Shown one piece after another: positions 41,989 through 46,712 of a stretch of DNA of 46,712 nucleotides. Below the pieces are notes generated by a model. It was not told the origin of the DNA, ran no database searches, and worked only from the letters and a program-made list of their open reading frames with translations. Origin of the DNA: Oscillospiraceae bacterium (GTDB lineage: Bacteria; Bacillota; Clostridia; Oscillospirales; Oscillospiraceae); NCBI GenBank assembly GCA_017612935.1, contig JAGAEW010000113.1:1-46712 (forward strand), given 5' to 3'. The translations under genes were made by a program, and so were the position numbers. Positions within the stretch are counted from its first letter, which is position 1. Each line of letters opens with the position of its first letter.

Positions 41989-42806
41989 AGCAAAAGGAAC
42001 GGCTGGATGTTTTTCTGACCGATCAGGGGTATACGGAATCCAGATCCAAGGCACAGGCATTGATTATGGCCGGCTTGGTCTATGTAGACGGACGAAAAGT
42101 CGATAAGCCCGGGTTTACGGTGGAGCTTAGTCAGAACGTGGAGCTGCGCGGAACCGCCTGCCCCTATGTGAGCCGCGGTGGGCTGAAGCTGGAAAAGGCC
42201 CTCCGGGATTTCAGCGTGGATGTGACAGATTTTGTCTGTTCTGATTCCGGCGCTTCCACGGGCGGCTTCACTGACTGCCTGCTGCAGCAGGGAGCGAGGA
42301 AGGTTTTTGCCATCGACGTTGGCTACGGGCAGCTTGCCTGGAAAATCCGCAGTGACCCCAGGGTAGTCTGCATGGAGCGTACCAATGTCCGCAGTCTAAG
42401 CCCGGAAATGCTCGGGGAGCTACTGGATCTGTCTGTGATTGATGTGTCCTTTATCTCTTTGAGGCTGGTCCTTCCCGTCATCTATTCGCTGCTCAAGCCC
42501 GAAGGGCAGGTCCTCTGCTTGATCAAACCGCAATTTGAGGCCGGCAAAGAAAAAGTCGGCAAGAAAGGGGTCGTTCGGGATCCTGCCGTACATACGGAGG
42601 TTCTGGAAGCATTTATGAACAATGCCAGCCAAATTGGTTTTACCTTAAAGAATCTGACATTTTCTCCGGTGAAAGGTCCGGAGGGCAATATTGAATTTCT
42701 TGGCCATCTGGCCAAAGCACCGGGAGAATCCCTGAAGCCGGATGCGGCGGAGCTGGTTCGTCTGGCCCACCAAACTCTGAACGGCGGAAAGGAGAAAGCG
42801 GAATGA
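41985..42806 (+). CDS. tlyA: TlyA-family rRNA (cytidine-2'-O)-methyltransferase
   Basis: N-terminal S4 domain (RLDVFLTDQGYTESRSKAQALI), YVSRGGLKLEKAL, and SAM motif DSGASTGGFTDCLLQQGA. Confidence 0.92.
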   Translation: MKQKERLDVFLTDQGYTESRSKAQALIMAGLVYVDGRKVDKPGFTVELSQNVELRGTACPYVSRGGLKLEKALRDFSVDVTDFVCSDSGASTGGFTDCLLQQGARKVFAIDVGYGQLAWKIRSDPRVVCMERTNVRSLSPEMLGELLDLSVIDVSFISLRLVLPVIYSLLKPEGQVLCLIKPQFEAGKEKVGKKGVVRDPAVHTEVLEAFMNNASQIGFTLKNLTFSPVKGPEGNIEFLGHLAKAPGESLKPDAAELVRLAHQTLNGGKEKAE

Positions 42807-43666
42807 AAAAAATCGTCATGACGCCGAATCCCTACCGCGACCACGATTTTTCCTGTGTACAGGAGGCAAAGCGTATCCTGGAGGATGCCGGCGTTGAGGT
42901 CAGGGTTTGCCTCGCCTTTGAGGTGGACAGCAGCTTCAGCCTGCCCGATGTGCTCCCCCTGTGTAATTTACAGGAGGAAATCAAAACCGCCGAGGCGCTG
43001 ATCTGCTTTGGCGGCGACGGAACGATTTTGCACAGCTCCAAAATTGCCATGCGACGTAATATTCCAATTCTTGGGGTGAACATCGGAACTGTGGGCTTTA
43101 TGGCGGAGCTGGAAGCCGGTGAAATGGAGCTTTTGACCCGCCTTGCCACGGATTCCTACAGCATAGACGAGCGCTTGAATCTCTTTGTCCGCCTGATTCA
43201 CGAGGACAGGACCGTCTATCGGGACCTGGCTTTGAATGACGCAGTCGTAACCAAGGGGGCTGTTGCCCGGGTAATTCAGACTGCCGTCTTTCTGGATGGC
43301 GTGGAGGCAATGAATTTTTCCGGCGACGGTCTCATTGCCGCCACTCCCACCGGTTCCACCGCTTATTCTATGTCAGCCGGCGGCCCCATTGTGGAGCCCC
43401 AGGCAGACAATATCATCCTTACGCCGATCTGCGCCCACGACTTACAGACCCGCAGTCTGATTGCGTCCCACCGACGTCGGGTTGAGATTCAGATCGGACG
43501 TGTCAATCGGCGCAACGCCTTCCTGTCTGTGGACGGCGGAAAGGCCCTCCGGGTTTACGGAGGCGACCGCATCCTGCTGGAGGCAGGCAATCAAAAGACC
43601 AAATTACTCAAATTGAAGGATACGACCTTTTTTGATATTATCCATTCAAAACTAAATCACTCATAG
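42803..43666 (+). CDS. nadK: NAD kinase
   Basis: GGDGTILH, NIGTVGFM, GDGLIAATPTGSTAYSMSAGGPI. Confidence 0.94.
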   Translation: MKKIVMTPNPYRDHDFSCVQEAKRILEDAGVEVRVCLAFEVDSSFSLPDVLPLCNLQEEIKTAEALICFGGDGTILHSSKIAMRRNIPILGVNIGTVGFMAELEAGEMELLTRLATDSYSIDERLNLFVRLIHEDRTVYRDLALNDAVVTKGAVARVIQTAVFLDGVEAMNFSGDGLIAATPTGSTAYSMSAGGPIVEPQADNIILTPICAHDLQTRSLIASHRRRVEIQIGRVNRRNAFLSVDGGKALRVYGGDRILLEAGNQKTKLLKLKDTTFFDIIHSKLNHS

Positions 43667-43679
43667 AAAGGAGAAGCCT

Positions 43680-44132
43680 ATGAAATCTCAAAGACAGACA
43701 AAAATTCTTGAAATCATCGCTTCTAAGGACATTGAGACGCAGGAACAGCTTCTGGAAGAGCTGCGTCAGGCGGGATTCCGCAGCACACAGGCCACCATCT
43801 CCCGCGACATCAAAGAACTTCGCATTCTCAAAGACCTCACAGCCATGGGAACCTATCGCTATTCCATCGGCAATAAGGAGACCTCCGGTGCCTTTTCTAA
43901 TCGACTGAATTCGATCTTCAAGGAAAGTGTTATCAGCTATGATTATGCCCAGAATATTGTGGTTGTCAAGACGCTTCCCAGCCTTGCGCCGGCAGCCGGT
44001 CGTGCCATTGACGCGATGAATATGTCCGTTGTGGTTGGTACACTGGCCGGTGATGATACGCTTTTGATTATCATGCGGGACGTTCAAGCTGCAATCGGAT
44101 TCTGCATTGAAATTAAAAAGCTTCTCGACTAA
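43680..44132 (+). CDS. argR: Arginine repressor
   Basis: RQTKILEIIASKDIETQEQLLEELRQAGFRSTQATISRDIKEL and C-terminal GTLAGDDTLLII. Confidence 0.94.
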   Translation: MKSQRQTKILEIIASKDIETQEQLLEELRQAGFRSTQATISRDIKELRILKDLTAMGTYRYSIGNKETSGAFSNRLNSIFKESVISYDYAQNIVVVKTLPSLAPAAGRAIDAMNMSVVVGTLAGDDTLLIIMRDVQAAIGFCIEIKKLLD

Positions 44133-44180
44133 TCATACGAGTAACCCGATGCAGAACAGCCCGGGTAGGAGGTGTCTTGT

Positions 44181-45842
44181 TTGCTCTTACTTCTGCACAT
44201 TGAGAATATTGCGGTTATTGAGCAGGCGGATATCTGCTTTGAACCGGGCTTTAATGTGCTTTCCGGTGAAACCGGTGCGGGCAAATCCATCGTGATCGAC
44301 GCGATTTCTGCAATTTTAGGAGAACGCGCCTATCGGGAAATGATTCGCACCGGGGCGGAAAAGGCTTTTGTCTCCGCCGTATTTGAAGGAATTCCTGCCC
44401 TTGACTGGTTTGAAACTTATCACGTCCCCTGGGACACTGAGCTGCTGATTCAGAGGGAAATCTTTCTGGACGGCAGAAACTTCTGCAAGGTAAACGGCCG
44501 GGGCGTGACGGTCAACCAGCTTCGCGGGCTGGGGCGGCATCTCATTACGATCCATGGTCAGCATGATTCCCAGCAACTTTTTGACGAGCAGACCCATCTT
44601 GGAATCTTGGATTCCTTTGCAGACGCTGGAGCGCAATTATCAGAGTATGCCTCAGCCTGGGAGGCGGTTTGTACCGCCAGGTCGGAATTGGAACGGCTGA
44701 GCATGGACGAGAACGAGAAGGCCCGGCGGCAGGAAATGCTGCAGCATCAGATCCGGGAACTGGAAAAAGCGGATTTGCATCCCGGTGAGGACGAGACACT
44801 GGAACAGCGGCAAAAGCTCCTGGTGAACGCGGAGAAACTCTCCGGCGGTGTCAGCGATGCGGTTGCCGCTCTGTTCGGAGATGAGGACGCGCGAGGTGCT
44901 GCTGATTTGCTGGATGAAGCAGTCGGACGGCTCGGTGCTGTGACCCGGTATGATGATGCCTTAAATTCGATTTTCCAGAGCCTGCGGGAACTGTCCTTTT
45001 CGTTGGCTGATGCGGGGGAATCTCTGCGGGACTATCGGGATGCCCTCGGTGATTCTGAGGAGGAATTGGATCGGATCGGAGCAAGGTTGGATCTGATTCA
45101 TAAGCTGCGCCGCAAATACGGTGCAAACTGCGAGGAAATGCTGGCCTTTCTCTCCCGGGCGAGGGAGGAACTGGACGACATCCTCTTTGCAGATGAAAAA
45201 CTAAAGCAGGCAGAGCAGCGCTATCTTGCAGCGGTTTCCGCTGCAGAGGAAATTGCTCGTCGCCTGCGAAAGCTCCGAACAGCTGCAGCAGCAGAGCTGG
45301 AAGCTCGGGTTTGCGGCGAGCTGGCGGAGCTGAATATGCCGAAGGTTCGCTTTGTTTGTGAATTTTCCGAGCTTCCGTTGAGCCCCAACGGGCTGGACGG
45401 ACTGCGTTTTCTCATGTCCGCCAACGTCGGCGAGGCTCTCAAGCCCCTGTCCAAGGTTGCCTCCGGCGGCGAGCTGGCAAGAATCATGCTTGCGATGAAA
45501 AACGTTATGGCGGAGCACGAGACAATTTCAACTATGATTTTTGATGAGGTGGATGCCGGTGTTTCCGGCCGCGCTGCTCAGAAGGTAGCAGAAAAGCTGC
45601 ACAAGGCTGCCGGAGGACGGCAGGTTCTCTGCGTGACCCATCTTCCCCAGATTGCCGCTCTGGCAGATCACCATCTGCTGATTTCCAAATCCGAGCGGCA
45701 GGGGAGAACCTATACTGAGGTAATTCCGCTTGATCATGCGGGCCGGATTGACGAGCTGGCCCGCATGATTGGCGGTGCAGAAATTACCGAAATCACCAGA
45801 AAAAGTGCTGCTGAAATGCTTGGAAAACACTCCGCGTTATAA
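44181..45842 (+). CDS. recN: DNA repair protein RecN
   Basis: LLLLHIENIAVIEQADICFEPGFNVLSGETGAGKS, a coiled coil, C-terminal ASGGELARIMLA, and FDEVDAGVSG. I chose the TTG start at 44181, 8 nt after AGGAGG. The track's GTG at 44172 directly abuts the RBS. Confidence 0.93.
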   Translation: MLLLLHIENIAVIEQADICFEPGFNVLSGETGAGKSIVIDAISAILGERAYREMIRTGAEKAFVSAVFEGIPALDWFETYHVPWDTELLIQREIFLDGRNFCKVNGRGVTVNQLRGLGRHLITIHGQHDSQQLFDEQTHLGILDSFADAGAQLSEYASAWEAVCTARSELERLSMDENEKARRQEMLQHQIRELEKADLHPGEDETLEQRQKLLVNAEKLSGGVSDAVAALFGDEDARGAADLLDEAVGRLGAVTRYDDALNSIFQSLRELSFSLADAGESLRDYRDALGDSEEELDRIGARLDLIHKLRRKYGANCEEMLAFLSRAREELDDILFADEKLKQAEQRYLAAVSAAEEIARRLRKLRTAAAAELEARVCGELAELNMPKVRFVCEFSELPLSPNGLDGLRFLMSANVGEALKPLSKVASGGELARIMLAMKNVMAEHETISTMIFDEVDAGVSGRAAQKVAEKLHKAAGGRQVLCVTHLPQIAALADHHLLISKSERQGRTYTEVIPLDHAGRIDELARMIGGAEITEITRKSAAEMLGKHSAL

Positions 45843-45963
45843 CCCGGCTTTTGGAATGAAATAAGGATATTTTTAAGAGACGTATTCCTCCGCTGAGAAA
45901 CAAACGGGGGAATGCCGGGCCTGTGCTGACCGATGTCTCTGGAACTATAAAGGAGCAATCTCT

Positions 45964-46712
45964 ATGCAACTGTACGAAGAACTGAAGGCAAGAGGCCTGA
46001 TTGCCCAGGTCACGAATGAAGAACACATCCGCGATATGATTAACGGCGGCAAGGCAATCTTCTATATCGGCTTTGACTGTACGGCGGACAGCCTCACGGC
46101 GGGGCATTTTATGGCGCTGACTCTGATGAAGCGACTGCAAATGGGCGGCAATCGGCCCATTGCTCTGATCGGCGGCGGTACCACCATGATTGGGGATCCC
46201 AGCGGCCGCACCGATATGCGGAAGATGCTGACAAAGGAAGATATTGACTACAACGCAGCCTGCTTCAAGAAACAGATGGAACGTTTCATCGAGTTCGGCG
46301 AGGGCAAGGCGCAGATGGTCAACAATGCCGACTGGCTGCTGAATCTGAACTATGTGGAGCTGCTGCGGGAAGTGGGCGCCTGCTTCTCTGTCAATAATAT
46401 GCTTCGGGCCGAGTGCTACAAGCAGCGGATGGAGAAGGGTCTCTCCTTCCTGGAATTTAACTACATGATTATGCAGTCCTACGACTTCTACCACCTGTTC
46501 CAGCACTACGGATGTAATATGCAGTTTGGCGGCGACGACCAGTGGTCCAATATGTTGGGCGGCACAGAGTTGATTCGTCGTAAGCTGGGCAAGGATGCCC
46601 ACTGCTTGACCATCACCCTGCTGACGGATTCTCAGGGCAAGAAAATGGGTAAGACTGCCGGCAATGCAGTTTGGCTGGATCCAAACAAGACCAGTCCCTT
46701 TGAGTTCTATCA
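45964..46712 (+). CDS. tyrS: Tyrosine--tRNA ligase (N-terminal part; runs off the window)
   Basis: My translation is [20 protein letters not shown]...[19 protein letters not shown] (HIGH-type motif)...[16 protein letters not shown]...KMGKTAG (KMSKS-type motif). AAGGAG RBS. It is not in the track because it is open-ended. Confidence 0.92.
   Translation, partial: MQLYEELKARGLIAQVTNEEHIRDMINGGKAIFYIGFDCTADSLTAGHFMALTLMKRLQMGGNRPIALIGGGTTMIGDPSGRTDMRKMLTKEDIDYNAACFKKQMERFIEFGEGKAQMVNNADWLLNLNYVELLREVGACFSVNNMLRAECYKQRMEKGLSFLEFNYMIMQSYDFYHLFQHYGCNMQFGGDDQWSNMLGGTELIRRKLGKDAHCLTITLLTDSQGKKMGKTAGNAVWLDPNKTSPFEFY

Noticed and set aside
45843-45963. A T-box leader upstream of tyrS.
   Set aside because: Only about 120 nt are available, and I could find no specifier-loop, T-box (AATTAGGGTGGTACCGCG-like) or terminator/antiterminator arrangement. 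That is too short for a canonical T-box.

Overview
This window is a high-GC chromosomal segment from an endospore-forming Firmicute that looks like Clostridia. It is almost entirely housekeeping operons on the + strand, and the gene order mirrors two Bacillus subtilis regions (yqfC-recO and spoIIIA-recN).

Gene order, left to right:
- ylbJ (partial, minus strand)
- yqfC-yqfD-phoH-ybeY-era-yqzL-recO-mutS2
- HPr, then uvrC-rsmD, a coiled-coil protein and a phosphohexomutase
- a minus-strand TSCPD-ohrR operon, then a NUDIX hydrolase
- a cell-envelope block: an SLH+M14 peptidase, a GT4 glycosyltransferase, an orphan ECF S-component, a large SLH protein, and an SGNH/DUF4358/MBOAT/DHHW O-acyltransferase cluster
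- tex, an AT-rich orphan ORF, secDF
- the complete spoIIIAA-AH operon
- asp23-nusB, a TsaD-like gene, xseA-xseB-ispA
- a ~610-nt structured noncoding element with its own promoter
- a small 4-TM membrane protein, then dxs-tlyA-nadK-argR-recN, and partial tyrS

The standout locus is the noncoding element at about 38.9-39.5 kb together with the downstream membrane protein. Its size, lack of coding potential, helix density and ispA/dxs synteny match the OLE (ornate, large, extremophilic) RNA and oapA ribonucleoprotein locus. OLE is a known RNA class whose function is still poorly understood. I could not run a covariance model, so this call rests on context and visible structure.

I saw no rRNA, tRNA, CRISPR array, transposase or prophage genes. 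Many long antisense ORFs in the supplied track are high-GC artefacts.
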